In this document: piece by piece, positions 1 through 12,857 of the stretch | Layout: every line of letters starts with the position of its first letter | Position numbering within the stretch: position 1 is the stretch's first letter | NCBI GenBank assembly: GCA_030141605.1 | Contig: JAQGDQ010000300.1 | Span: 201,847-265,846, forward strand | DNA: 64,000 nucleotides | Reading direction: 5' to 3' | Source: Tubiluchus corallicola | Lineage: Eukaryota > Animalia > Priapulida | Notes under the pieces: generated by a model | The model's database searches: none | Seen by the model: only the letters and a program-made list of their open reading frames with translations | Told to the model about the DNA's origin: nothing | Program-made: the position numbers and the translations under genes

Positions 1-189
1 TAACTGCAATTATGGACCATTTTAGGTGAAAAGTTGAAAACATCAATAAACGAAATCTTTTAGGAGCACTACTAATTGTTACAGATGATTTCGAGCAAGA
101 GTTAAGCTAAAATACCGGAAGTTATAAAATTTTAGATAATCACACTCATACAATTGCACATAGTTTAGCACTTCTTTACAATCTACTCG

Positions 190-460
190 TGTGCGGTCCC
201 TTCTCATATTCATTTTAAATTTATCGACAGATGATGCATTGACAGTATCAAGTTGAGAGTGAGCTCCATGGATGGGCCAAACAAGAGGGGTAAAAAATGA
301 AAACATCCATGGTTGGTTCGTCTATATTCCATGAAGAGTTTGGAATCATGACCTTGTTGTTCTCTGCATGGTCTTGAGAAAAAGTCTCGTTATTGTAAAA
401 TCGCTCCTTTCATAATTGACAAGGTCAGCAGTACATCGAATACAGAATAGTGCCTACAAT
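190..460 (-). mobile_element. Degraded non-LTR retrotransposon (CR1/L2-like) 3' remnant
   Basis: Minus-strand frames give frameshifted pieces typical of LINE RT C-termini: 'T.GHDSKLF..YRRTN', 'FSFF', 'VNASSVDKFK'. Multiple stops. Confidence 0.45.
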
Positions 461-1989
461 TTGCAAGAAGGATGTGACGATTGATCGGATCTATTGTTCA
501 TTATCAAAGTAGTAATAATAATAATAATTAATTTAATAATTACTAATGTTATAATAATTTTTATTATAAAAAGAAGAAATAGGAGTAATTTCAAACTTAT
601 TCAGGCACTTTCACAGTTTTCACACTTGTCCAGTACATGATCATATTTGGTATAAAATAAATTAAATGCAACAACATGTACGCATGCAGAAAACTAAAAC
701 ATTGTCGAAAAGTGGAAATTTTGTTTTCATAACTCTATTAAAAAGGCTTTCAACAAACTCTGTGGCCATGAACTTGCTGATATATTCATAGTAGAGAACT
801 GGAAACTGTGTGTATTAAAACACTCACGGGAAACTTGCAAAACGTTTTTTACAATTTCCATCGTCACGTTCAATGTGCAACTGTGATTAATTGACTGAAT
901 ATAGCTTTTGCGAGCATGAGAAGCAATCATGTTTATAGGAAATGATATACCTTTTTCTAGTGTCTATTAGGGATTCGACTCCTTTATTTAAAATATTAAG
1001 AATCTAAATATTGCAAAAGCATACGAAATTTTAGTGATGGAATATAATATTTTTGACACATTGTTCACTGTACATCAAGCAGCACATAAAGTACTCTCCT
1101 TCTAAGCCTTTATTTCTGTCATTTGATACTGTTTTGACCCCGCCAAGTCCTTTACACCCAACACTTCTCGTGTCTGATTTCTTGTTCGTGTTGTTGTCTG
1201 AAATCTGATCATGGAATCTCACCTGGAATCTGATCATGATCAAAAAACCTTTTCGTGCACTTGAAATGAATGGTACCAAATTTCTCTCTCCTTTAATTTG
1301 TGCTCACATAAACTTCAGTGCACAAGTTTATACTAAAGATCTTAGTACCTTGGAAATCAAAATTGCACCACAGTTTGCAATGAAGGCTTTCCCTCCAGAC
1401 TCCAACCGTCCGAAGTTCGAACTAAGCAATATACTGTTATAAACAAAATCGAATAAACTTAATGACATGCTTTATAAACTTGCGTGGCAAGTCTCCGCTT
1501 TGTGCTAAATCAAACGTTTGCTTCGTACTTCTGAGTTCTGAGCTGTAAAATGTTTTTGTTAATAATTAAGTTTTGTAAATTTTTGATAAATGATTAGTAT
1601 AAACTATCCGTTGTAGTAACGCGTATTATTCGCCAGTTTTCTGCCAATTAATGGTATGTTGCCCACATTCTTTTTATTATCAAATTAATTGGACAACTTT
1701 ATTTGGCATGCGTTGTACAGTAAGTGTATGGTAAAACTAGCAATAACCTTACTAGTAATACATATTTTAAGTAATATAATAATCATCATAATCATTATTA
1801 TTATTATAATCAGAACTAAGCTACTATAGATTTTTACTCAGGCCATTGTCTTTACTTAACTCCACTTTTGACATTGGTCTGGTTAAATTCTGTTTTTGAT
1901 GCTGTATACTATTATTAATTATTACTAATGTATAGTAAGTTGAACGCCGCTAACTCTCTACTAAAGAAGTCCGTCCAGGCTGAAATTGG

Positions 1990-3480
1990 TCACGGCTAAA
2001 ATGCGAAGCATCAGTGGCACATCACACCTCAACGTTTGATGAATTCCAGTCACTGGCAGTCCTGAATATAAATCTGTTTCTGCATCTGGGATTAATAGTT
2101 TTATAATCCACCTCGTGGATTAATAATGAAATATCAACGTGGATGTACTTTAGCCAAGTTGTCTTTGATGTGAAATTCCATAATTAGGTCACCCTTTCTG
2201 TCTCAGTGAGTGGAGTTTTAACATCCTTATCCATTCTGAATTTGTTAGCTGTTGTTAACTTATTTAGCTTATATGTTAACTTAAATTGCTTATGTATATA
2301 TATATAGCTTTATAACATAGCTTTATGTTGGATCAATTTCACTTTCGGGTCATTGCACCTCAAATCACCCAATATTTTTTCTGATAAACACCCCTATGTC
2401 ACAGATTTTAATGCAATTTGGTGTGTTGGTTTGGCTTAAGAAATGCAAAAAGCCAAATTTTTAGCGAAATTGGGCCAATGGTTCAAAAGTTATGGCCCTT
2501 TGAAAATGGCCGATAGGGCCAAAAATTGCCAAAATTGGCTTGACCTGCAATTTTTAAATGTTCATAACTCAAAATGTTTAAATCCAATTTTGAAGGGAGT
2601 GTTATCATTTTAAAGGGAATTCAATAAGCTTTCAGAATCTGCAACAAATCTTCAGATAGGTGGTGTCTGAATTTACAAGAACTTTTGACCTTCACTTTTC
2701 ACTTGGAATGACCGTTCCTTGAGTGCATTCAGCTTGAATTTCATTCTGTAATCCAGGATAAGACAGCATATGGATACAGAGTGAGAAATATTGGTTATCT
2801 AGAAAGATAAGCTTTTAAGTTCTTTAAATTAACTGCAGTCTTTTTCTTTCTTTCTTGGTGACTTGAATGACAACTATTTATCCACATATACCTCAAAGTC
2901 CTTGTGGCACTTAGTCCGGTTATAATTCTCTATTCATCAGACATGACGTAGTCAAATTCAGATTTTCCATCCTGGTTGTTTCCTTGATGCAAAGTTTTAC
3001 ATGTACCATTGGCATTAAACTGCATTTGTCATTCTCTGAACGATACATCAGTTGTGATATCATGGTTCAATGTCGTGCAATCTTGAACCGACTTTATAGA
3101 CTTATATCTTTACGTGTCATTGGCAAACATTTTAATTGTGAATGTCAGTTTATGTGGTAAGTTATTGGTATAGATAAGAAATAACAGAGGGCCACGCACA
3201 CTGCCTTGTGGTAGTCCGACTACAGCAGCATTTGGTGATTTACCAGCATTGATTTTTACACATTGTGCCTGTGGTGTCAAAAATCTTGAATTCATGCCAG
3301 CTGTTATCAGATGTTCCATAAGCCTGCAGTTCCAATGAAAGTTTCCTGTGTGAAATTTTGTCAAATGCTTTCTGAAGGTCGTAATATATCTCATCTACAC
3401 CTATCCTTGTTCAATTGAAGCTTGTCAGTCAGTCATGTACCTGTGCAGTTCTTTACAATCATGATCATGGTAAATTTGCC
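1990..3480 (-). mobile_element. Degraded LINE (CR1/L2 clade) reverse transcriptase remnant, interrupted by a MITE
   Basis: Minus-strand motifs in collinear order: VDEIYYDLQKAFDKISHRKL (~3330-3400), GLPQGSVRGPLLFLIYTNNLP and IKMFANDT (ORF 3110-3394), QMQFNA..CKTLH (~2990-3030), LKLHSL..KGDLIM (~2180-2220). Confidence 0.85.
2348..2713. mobile_element. Non-autonomous DNA transposon (MITE) nested in the LINE remnant
   Basis: Terminal inverted repeats GGTCATTGCA (2348) and TGGAATGACC (ending 2713). It splits the LINE RT remnant. Confidence 0.6.
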
Positions 3481-4086
3481 AAAATAATTGTTGCCTATTG
3501 CTGACTGTGATTCACGGAGTCAAAGAACTTCAAAAATCTAAATAAACTACATCTACTTTCACATGGGATTTGTCACACAGCAGTGTTTAATTGATACTTT
3601 GATTAGCTTAATGGAACATAATTTACTATTACCACTGTGAACCTGTAAGTCTTTTTTGGTTTTCACTGTATCAGATTCTCACTGTAACAAGATTTAGCTA
3701 ATCCTGTTCTTGAATTGTGATTAATGGATATGGGCTTATGGTTTATGGTTATCCAAGACTGGCGATTCCTTTTCCAGTATAGGCGTACTATTGGCAGTAA
3801 GCCAGTCTTGTGACAACGCTGAACTTTCCAGCAATCTGGTATAGAAAAAATGCAGAATTTAGCAATTTTGATCATGAAACTGCAAATCATTATAGAAACC
3901 ATTATCAATGATACTAAACATAAACATAAAATGCGTGTATTTAACTGAAATATTTGTGCTGTAGAATTTTAGACCAGAAAATTTCAAATTCAATAATTTG
4001 ATTACAGTTGTGCTTAAGTAAATGCAAAGTACCGTAACTTGGTTTTTATTTTTATTTGTTTAGAAATCTGCAGTGAAGCCATCATA

Positions 4087-7000
4087 ATGGGAAAGCTGAC
4101 AAGGTAAAACTAGTAAACATTAAAATAAATCTATGTTTGAAACTAAGAACAATAGTTTACTATAATTTACTTAAGTTTCTGATTACTATCCAGATATGAA
4201 TGTGACATTACTTAGATCGGCAAAATTTTTGTCAAACACAAATTTGGAGCTGTATTTTGAATGGTATTGCATTTTCTGTTTCACTATAACTTCTTCATTG
4301 ATTTCTATGTGAGATTGCGGTGTGTATGGAGAGATTTGCTGTGCGGATACAGACAATTTCTTGTAATCTTATGTGTCGTATGCTTGAACCACTGTTTATC
4401 AAACTTTCTCATAAGTTTAATTTTTTCAGCTACTTACTAGCTGCACTTAAATTTTTTTGTCTCGTTTATATGAGCATTTCCTAGTCAACAAAACTGTTTG
4501 GCTCAGCTGTATATATCACCGTACGTAGATCTTTAAATAGCTTTAATTTTAGAAATTCATAATAAGTAGTACTTTGTGATGTAATTTAGATCCCACAAAC
4601 ACATGACTGAAGTGTTTCAACTATTTTCCATGGATAAGTTATATACTTTATTAGAGGAAAACCAGACCCCATCTTAAACAGTCTACTCTATATTTCAAGA
4701 ATTCTGTACCTGAAAGAATTATTACCATAGAATCGTAATTTCGCATTCACATGGCCAGTTCCTTGTTGTTACATGCATTTTGCCATTCGCCACTATCGCC
4801 TGCATCTCGGAAATGCGTGTTCAAAAGACAAGTGCTGTACCTCTCAGAGCAGAGGTGTGACGTTGTGCACACTTTTGAGAGCTCATGTGTGAGCATAGCG
4901 TTAAATTTGAAATTAATAATTTTAAACTTAAAATTTGCCAAGTTTTAAATTGTGTATCACACTGAATGTCATACAGTAGCAATGTACTTCAATTTTCACT
5001 TTTGCAAACACTTGCCACACGCTCGTGGAATGTTTGTGCTACTGAAAATTATGTTCAGTTGTGATGTCAGTACTCGTTGGGCTCGCTCGCCATTAATTAA
5101 ATTTTTAACTTATTATTTAATTGCCAGAAACACTTTGGCATTGTTATAGGTCTTGAAATGTATGCTATTACCGTACTTCAAAATATGGTAGGATATGAGA
5201 AATCATCCTGTTTTCCTTTAATTTCTCTAAATTTACAAATTGCCAAGTTTATAATTCCAGTCCTTGCTTAAAATTTCCGTCACATATTACAATCATGCAA
5301 ACTGTAGCCTATCAAAAACATAAAGTTGCTTTTATTAATGGTAATCAACCTCATGATGTTACAATGTAAGACGTGGCTTTTCTTACAGTGAGAAAGAGAA
5401 GAAGTCGCACAATTTAACGGAGAAAGAGAGGAAGGACAAAATCAGAAATGCAATTAATAAGCTTGGCACTTTACTACCGGATGCATATTTGCATGTTGGA
5501 GAAAGAAAAAGGGTAAGAGAAGTGATTGTGTTTTTGAAGCTTTAAGAAAGCCTTAAGTAATTGTTTCATTTGATGCTTAAATACTATCACTGCTTTTATT
5601 TTATCAAAGCAGTGATGCTGCAGTGTGACTGCAGCTTAACTAGATTAATGACATTCACGTTTTGTGACATGCAACATTTTATTAAATAAGCCAGGATCAG
5701 TAAGTGGTCCTGTTCCTGAAAATAACTATTTTGTATTAACGGGCAATGCATACAGATGTTATAAGAACAATATGGACATTTAAAAACAGTTTTCAATCAT
5801 GTTAACGTGCCTGCATTTTTGTGCATACTTTTCAGAATATGCTGCAGATTCTTGAAGCTTCTTTAGAATATGTTGCTTTAATTAAAGAAAAAAATGAGCA
5901 CTTCCTTGAGGAAAAACTTGATGAGGCAGTTGGTGAGTTGGCATTTTAGGTTTTTTTATCAATGCTTATTTCTCCAAATAATAACTTCTCTTTGGTTGTA
6001 TGTTTGTAATATCTATGTAAGTGAAATTGCAATACTTGAGTATTTCATAAATGTAAATTTCGATGTCGTACATGTGCCAGGGTTTTAGGGTTGAGGAAAA
6101 GTGGCCAAAACTCAGGTCTCTTCTGACCAGGAAGCCCCTCATCTTAAGCACCTGCAAAAAAGTTTTTGACGTTCTTGCATATAAACTATGTAACATTTAT
6201 TATTGGTTGGGGTAAAATGTTCAGAGTGCTCATCTCTACTCACATTGTTGTGTCACTGGAAAATACGTCTTTGTCAACATGGACATGGCTTTAGTCTACC
6301 TTTTTGATTAATGGTAAAAAACAATAACAAACGTGATGATTTGCACTATAAATTATATTGACGCATGTTTTTGCTTTAAGATATCAGAAGTTTTATAATG
6401 TAATTTACGATAAAACAATGAACTTGCGACCCAATGTCTATATCCTTGCAGTTTGTTTTTTTCCTGTAGACTATAATATACCTAGTTTAAGAATCAATAA
6501 CAGATAATAAAAAACCTGTGGACTGCGAATTGTAGCTCACGCAAGGGCATATTCTTCCAATAAAAACAAATCTACCTCCACTTTCACCATACTTTAAAAC
6601 AGAGTGCTTTATTCTTATTGAGACCATTGAGGACATGTGCGTGGTTAATCTAAAAGTGCAGATTTTGTAACTCTTTGGAAAAATAAGCACTGAAGAAAAA
6701 TTGAGTTGTGTGAAAATGTTGTTGACATCCAGGACAAGTCACGAAAAACTACAAGTTTTTGGATTTGAGTGTTCATTGTTATCATTGATCATAAAAACAT
6801 GGGAGTATCTATTGTAATCAATAAATTTGTGTAGTTAATTGTTACATTGTCTGAATAAACCTTTCTAGACTGGTGACAGTGAGTATTTGCAAAATATAAA
6901 TCTTCAAAAAAACTAAAATATAGGTAGGTACATCTTCGACCATAATTTTGCACTTTGCATTGTTTTTTTGGTGGATGGTGCATCATTATGATTGTTTCAG

Positions 7001-10000
7001 GTATTTATGCACTTCAATTTCTGATCACTTTAAAATGCATATATTCATTATTTTTTCTAACTTTGAAAACATGGATGAACCCGACATTTTTGGTCTTTGC
7101 TGGAGATTGAGTTTGTGAGAATTTGAATTCTTGATACAAAGATGTGAAAAAAAGTGTTTTGTGTTTTTGTAATTCTTAAACCTCACAATTAATTAAAATA
7201 ATTACTTTTTTATTTCAGCCATAGAAATACGAGGCCTGCAGAATGAGATTGAAAAACTTAAGAAATGCCTTAATCAGACAGAAACACTGTTAAATCAAAC
7301 TAGAATGGATGTAAAGAAATGCACATGTGTTAAACAGTCAAAGGTTGGCACAGCTACCAGTAGCACCATCGGATTTGCTGATTCAACAAATCAAAATTTG
7401 TTTTCAAAATGTAAGACTAAAAAGAGTAGAAAAGACAATACAGTAGCTGCACACATTGCTGAAAGTTCCAAGCACACAGTGTCTAGCAATGGTCATCCAG
7501 GCTGTGCAGACGAATTTCAGCCTCCGACAATTATCGTCATGCCTAGCGGATATATTGTTGTACCACCTCCAGCAAGTTCTGCTAGCACCCACCATGAACC
7601 CATCACGCCTGCGCCATGCAGCGGAAAACTTGATACACAAAACAAGGTTCAACTAACTGTTGATGTTGGAAATGGTGGAAGAATGGACAAAGGTGGCGTC
7701 GACAGCATTGTTCCTCAGACATTTTTAAACATGAATACCTTGCAACCATCATTTTCAGCTCCTCAAGTACAGTATCAGCCATCATTGTTGCAAAATCACC
7801 AAGCACCTATTGTCTATAATGTAATAACATCACCAGGTTTGATTGCAGGGAACAATAGTATTGCGTCTGATCTTAAAAACCCAAAAGGCGAAATGAAAAA
7901 AACAGAAAGCGCTCAAGCTGATACACTTTCAAACGTTAGCACAAAGAGTGCGATACAGGAAAAACCCATTTCGTTAAGACTGTTGACACCTACTTCACAG
8001 CAGCTGAATGCTAGCATAGAAGGGGAACAAACAACAAATGCGACAAAAAATAATGTCCAAAATGTAATTGCTAATGGCACAAACGGCACAGCCAAACCAC
8101 CAACACTTGTTCAAATCCAGCCTCCTCAGCAGCAAATCATTATTGTTAATGACAATGGAAACCCTGTTGCACAGAATCAGCCAACAGTTTTAATGTCCCC
8201 TTCAAGCCAGCTAATGTCCCCAAATGCTAGCAGCTTGGCATTAAATAAAACTTCTCTACAAGGAAACCAGTCTGTAAATTATCCAGCTATAAACCTGCAG
8301 GTACAGCCTTCTCATCAGGGTTTACTAAACCAAAATAATAAAGTGTTGCCAACAGTGAGTTTTCCACAGACACTAAATAAGACCATTGACAATCCTAGTT
8401 ATATTCAAAATATTAGTGGACAAATAACACCTAATCTTATGTTGCCTGTTGTTAGTCACTCGGTAAACCAAGGATTAGCAAGCAATTCTAATTCAGTCAC
8501 ACCAACATCACTTGGTAGTGGTTTTCTTATTGTTAGTAACAAAGGCCAATGTTTGCCGCAGGCTTTATGGCTGCCTAATGGACAAATAATACCAGTTGTA
8601 ACACAGGCAACAGGAACTAACCACAGCACTATGACTGTTAGTTTACCTGTTACATTTGCCACCCAAAGTGCCACAGCCACAAAAACTCGCCTTAATGTAA
8701 GACAGCCCGCTAAAGCTACAAATATTGAAAATCTGGCATCATCAAAAACAACTGTGTTGTCTGATACAGTTGTTTTTAACCCAGCCACGAATCAATTAGC
8801 AAGCGGTGTTGTGGCACCAACGAATGTGGTCAATACAGTTACTACAAAAGTAACAAGTAACATTATCAACTCAGAGTCGTTACCTTTGAATAGCACACAT
8901 TGTCAAGGCGGCAGCCCTGTTAAAATTACACAGCAAAGAAAAATAAAACCAAAACCTAATATTTTACAAACTGTTGCTCAGAAAACAGTTACTGCCAGTA
9001 TTCCAAGTAAAATTGTCCAAACTGAAACAGAAGATATTTTGGCAAGGGCTACCAAGTCTATTTTCTCCACAGCAGATATGTCTCCTGTGCATATACAAGA
9101 ACTTTCCGAAAACAGGCTTGAACTTAGTTTAGCAGCCGAAGTTACATGCAGCTCTCAACCATTGTCTACATCATCAACCTGTGTAACATCTATTACTGCT
9201 GCATCACCTGATAGCACTCAAATTGATGACACGAACAGACTTGGGCGCACTTCTCCTTCACTTGCTGCTTCAGATAAGTCAAAAATTCTTGAATCTCATG
9301 TCAATTTAGTTAAGGATGAAGCAAAGACTTTGGTGGATGAATTTGCTGTTGCTTGCAGTTCAAACTCGCAAAGCAAAGGCTCTGAGAAGCAATCCGGGAA
9401 GAAATCGTTGAAGAAAAAGCGAAAAGTGGAAGATGTAGACATCAGCAACTGCACAAATTCAAAAAAGCAACCCAAGAGGTCCAAACCTTCTACGAAGAAC
9501 GATGCAATAATATCTCATCACAAAGGTAAGGAGGAACATGACTCTTTACGTGAAACGATAGTAAGTCTTGAAGCAGATACGGCATCTAAATCCGAGCAAA
9601 GTTTGCTTTTAGGTGACACTGCACCTGTTCTTGTTCAAACAACTGTAGGTGCAACAACACAGAATTTAACTGTATCTAGCGAAGATAGAAATGCATTTTC
9701 TTCCTCTGAACAAACAACGCTTTCTACTGAAGCTGTGACATCGGCAAATCTAGCATTGGCTCAAATGGAAACCAGTGCAGTTACTGTTGCGCAAATACTA
9801 AGTGTTCCACCTGTCCCAACTGCTAAGATAAACATTTCTCATTGTACTTCTGTGGACTCTGTAGGTGATAATTCAGTACCTGTTACATATGAAAAACAAA
9901 CTGATAATTGCGTTTTTCAGCCCAATTATAGTATTCATTCATTCATGGAAAATGAAGTAGAAATTTCAGAATCAAATTCTATAACGACAGTAACCAATGA

Positions 10001-12857
10001 AAGCGAGCAACCTGTAGGGACTGCAAATTTGCCTTTGGCAAATGTGCAAGCTGAGTGCACTAATAGCTTTCTCTCTTTTCTAAATTTGTCACCTCCTTCA
10101 ACGAAAAGCACAACTGCATTGAATACTTTGCTGCCTAGTATGGCTTCTATTAATGAAATGCCTACATCATCATCAAACATGGCAGCAAGGAATGATGAAG
10201 CATTATTAGCAGACCAAAATTCGCTGTCTTCTGCAGTGTCTCAGCCAGTAAGCACTACATGTGTTAAAACGATTCCTGAATCATATGTTAATATGTCACA
10301 CAATGCAAATGCTAATTTTCACTCGCAGCTGCAAACTGGCCATGACAGTCATTTCAACAAAGAAGGGCTCACCTGTACAACTAGTTTGCAAGGATCAAAA
10401 AGTAATCAATACCAGAAAGATAAAAGTAGAAAAATTTTGCAGTCTTCATTTGAAGTCGATAGTAAAATAAACCAGTCAAGTAATTTACTTGAGCAACATA
10501 AACAAGTGTTACATCATTCACAAAAGCCAGAGTGGAAGGCATCACAAGCAAATAATAGCGAGGCATGTATAGACAAATGTGGAGTGCCACGTTCTTGTTC
10601 TAATGATGTATCTAACAGGCAGTACAGTGAAGTGACTCAAAACCAGCCATTCACTGGTCATGGAATTTCAGCGTGCACTCAAGCAAGCAAAATCAACGTG
10701 CCATTTAATATCACCTCTTCAGATGTATCCGTTGTGTATACAACTGCTGAGCAATCACGAGCCTTCCCATATCAAAACTTTTATGGTGTTACACCACATC
10801 CATCCCTGCAAAATGATTACCAACAAACACCAACCTCAAAATTTAGTGACTTAAGCAGTGTAAAAGGGAGCAGGCCAATTACAAGCTCTGACTCGAAATT
10901 GCCACTTGTGTTTCCACAGGGAGACAAACTTGGAGTGGCACAGTCATTGCAGACACCTGGATATCCTAGTCAGTTTATGTCAGTTCACCATAGCACCAGT
11001 TCAAATAAACTACCTGTAAGTGCACACCATTCTCAACCAAATCATACTGTATCAGCAAAAAATCCTTATTGTCCAGTCACAGATCTCAACAAAAATTTCA
11101 GATCAGCCTCTAGCCATCTAAGTACACCTATTACATCAGCAGTTGAACACATAAATTCCACATTATCATATCACACAAATACTCCTAAAAGTTCTGGTCC
11201 AGTGTACTCTGATGCTGTGGCACTTCAGTGGCCTTGCGTTACTCAAGAGTTACCTTCATTTAATAATAGTGAGATACGTCATGATCCAAATTTACATCAC
11301 AGAAGATATTCTGACAGTTCTAATCACCATGATTCCTATATCAATTCTGTGCCAGGCTTACAGCCATCTTGTTCGAATGCTACTCCAAATTTGATGCAGT
11401 CTCTAAATACATATGATTCTTCTGTTGTTTTGCCACTTGGTCAAAACAAACCATCAAAGAAAAGTTCCACTTCCCACTCTAAAATTGCTTTGCCTTATTC
11501 AACAGAAAATCTATTACAAACCCAGAGTGGAAAAGTATCCAGTAAGGGAGCTACTCAGCAAAACAAAGCCAGCAATCCTATACAAAGACGTACGAATAAC
11601 TGGCCTCAAGTGCCACCTTCAACTTTTGCAGAAAGTACAAATCCATGTATATCATCAGCTTCTTCGTTTTGCTTTTATCAACCTTTTGCCTCAACTACTT
11701 TAGCAGATTTATCTGCTGCTGCTCCAAACAGACCTTCGTTTAGTGGAATATCTACCAGTGTTACACCAGTTCAAAAGCAAGCTGGTCTTATGAATCATGC
11801 TGTGCATGCAGCTATGTATAAGTCTCCTAATAAGAGGGTATCACTTTCCCAAGAAGTGTCAAGTGTAGAGATAGCAGATTATCATATTGCAGACAACTCA
11901 AGAAGGACAGCTGGAGCTGTGTCTAATTATAGCATGCAGCCATCTTTCTCACAACCTCAATTTGTCAATAATCCATTGCAGTCAAATCATCAGTTTGCAT
12001 ATAGTTATAGCCAGCGGGACAACTTTGTTTTTCCAGGTATGCCTAACAGTGTAGCGAAGCCTTCAGATTCGCTTGGCTGTCCTCCACCTGTTGGACTTTT
12101 AGAGCCTAATACATCAGTATCCCATGAGCGAAGTAAAAAGTCCAAAAATAGTCAAAAGCACCATAAATCACATAACCATTCTCGGCCCTTACAAAAGAAA
12201 TCAAAATCAATGGCAGAAGTTGACACAAATCTCTCCAATTCAATATTTGAACCGTCAATAGGTAGCATGCCTCCTTATTTTTCTATACCCACATTATCAC
12301 CACCTCGGAATGACGTGCCAGGGCCATATTTACACAACAAACTAGTAAATGCCCATTCGCGAGCTCCTTCACGAAATAATCACCATGGGCAGCTTCAGGG
12401 TCCTCTCGATAATGGTCCACAGGTGAATCCTGTATTTGGGATGCGGGGTGGTAGCTTTAACCTGAACACTATACGGGCACCTCGTTCTGTGTCTCAATTT
12501 ACACCACGTAGTAGTGCTATTCCCACAACTATGCCTGCACATTTACCAAACTTTAACCTGAGCAAGATTTTTCCTGATATCAGTTCATCTCCAGCTAATG
12601 ATAGCATTGGCATCCCGCCAATTAAGTTTCCTCAAGGTAACACTCTGATGGGAAATCAGCCAGTGGAGCACACCATACAGCACCACCCACAAAATGCCTC
12701 TCTGTACAACAGAAGCCACCCTCCGCCTGTTATTCACAATGCAATAAGCATAAATAGCATATTAGGCCACAGCCACAATTTTGAGAGACCCCATGTGGCA
12801 TTAAATAGCACACCAATTCCTCCCCCATTTCACCCACATGGGCATATGCTTTGGTAA
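4087..12857 (+). CDS. USF3: bHLH transcription factor USF3/KIAA2018-like, ~1958 aa, 4 coding exons
   Basis: Exons 4087-4103, 5389-5512, 5836-5932 and 7219-12857, all GT-AG with consistent phases. The spliced N-terminus MGKLTSEKEKKSHNLTEKERKDKIRNAINKLGTLLP...NMLQILEASLEYVALIKEKNE...AIEIRGLQNEIEKLKK is a bHLH plus coiled coil. The basic region has H-x3-E-x2-RK as in USF3 (K rather than the R of USF1/2). A giant S/Q/T/P-rich terminal exon follows, the typical USF3 architecture. The first exon is the least certain. Confidence 0.85.
4651..5221 (+). mobile_element. MITE family A (TTAA-flanked, AG...CT termini, Kolobok-like), in a USF3 intron
   Basis: Ends ttagAGGAAAACCAG ... CCTGTTTTCCTttaa. The body is the reverse complement of the copies at 22230, 25520 and 42612. 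Confidence 0.8.
5389..5512 (+). CDS. USF3: USF3-like exon encoding the basic region and helix 1
   Basis: ttacag|T GAG AAA...AGG|gtaaga; translates EKEKKSHNLTEKERKDKIRNAINKLGTLLPDAYLHVGERKR. Confidence 0.9.
5836..5932 (+). CDS. USF3: USF3-like exon encoding helix 2
   Basis: tttcag|AAT ATG...GTT G|gtgagt; translates NMLQILEASLEYVALIKEKNEHFLEEKLDEAV. Confidence 0.9.
7219..12857 (+). CDS. USF3: USF3-like giant terminal coding exon (5.6 kb, low-complexity/disordered)
   Basis: Acceptor tatttcag|CC at 7219 is in frame with the 1850-aa ORF 7305-12857. Contains an NLS-like KKSLKKKRK; stop TAA at 12855-12857. Confidence 0.92.

Noticed and set aside
727-1470. Divergent minus-strand gene upstream of USF3 (ORFs 727-930 and 1031-1279)
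   Set aside because: No recognisable domain or consistent exon chain. It cannot be supported without expression data.
7305-7307. ATG of the 1850-aa ORF as the true start
   Set aside because: The frame is open back to a splice acceptor at 7219 that joins the bHLH exons.
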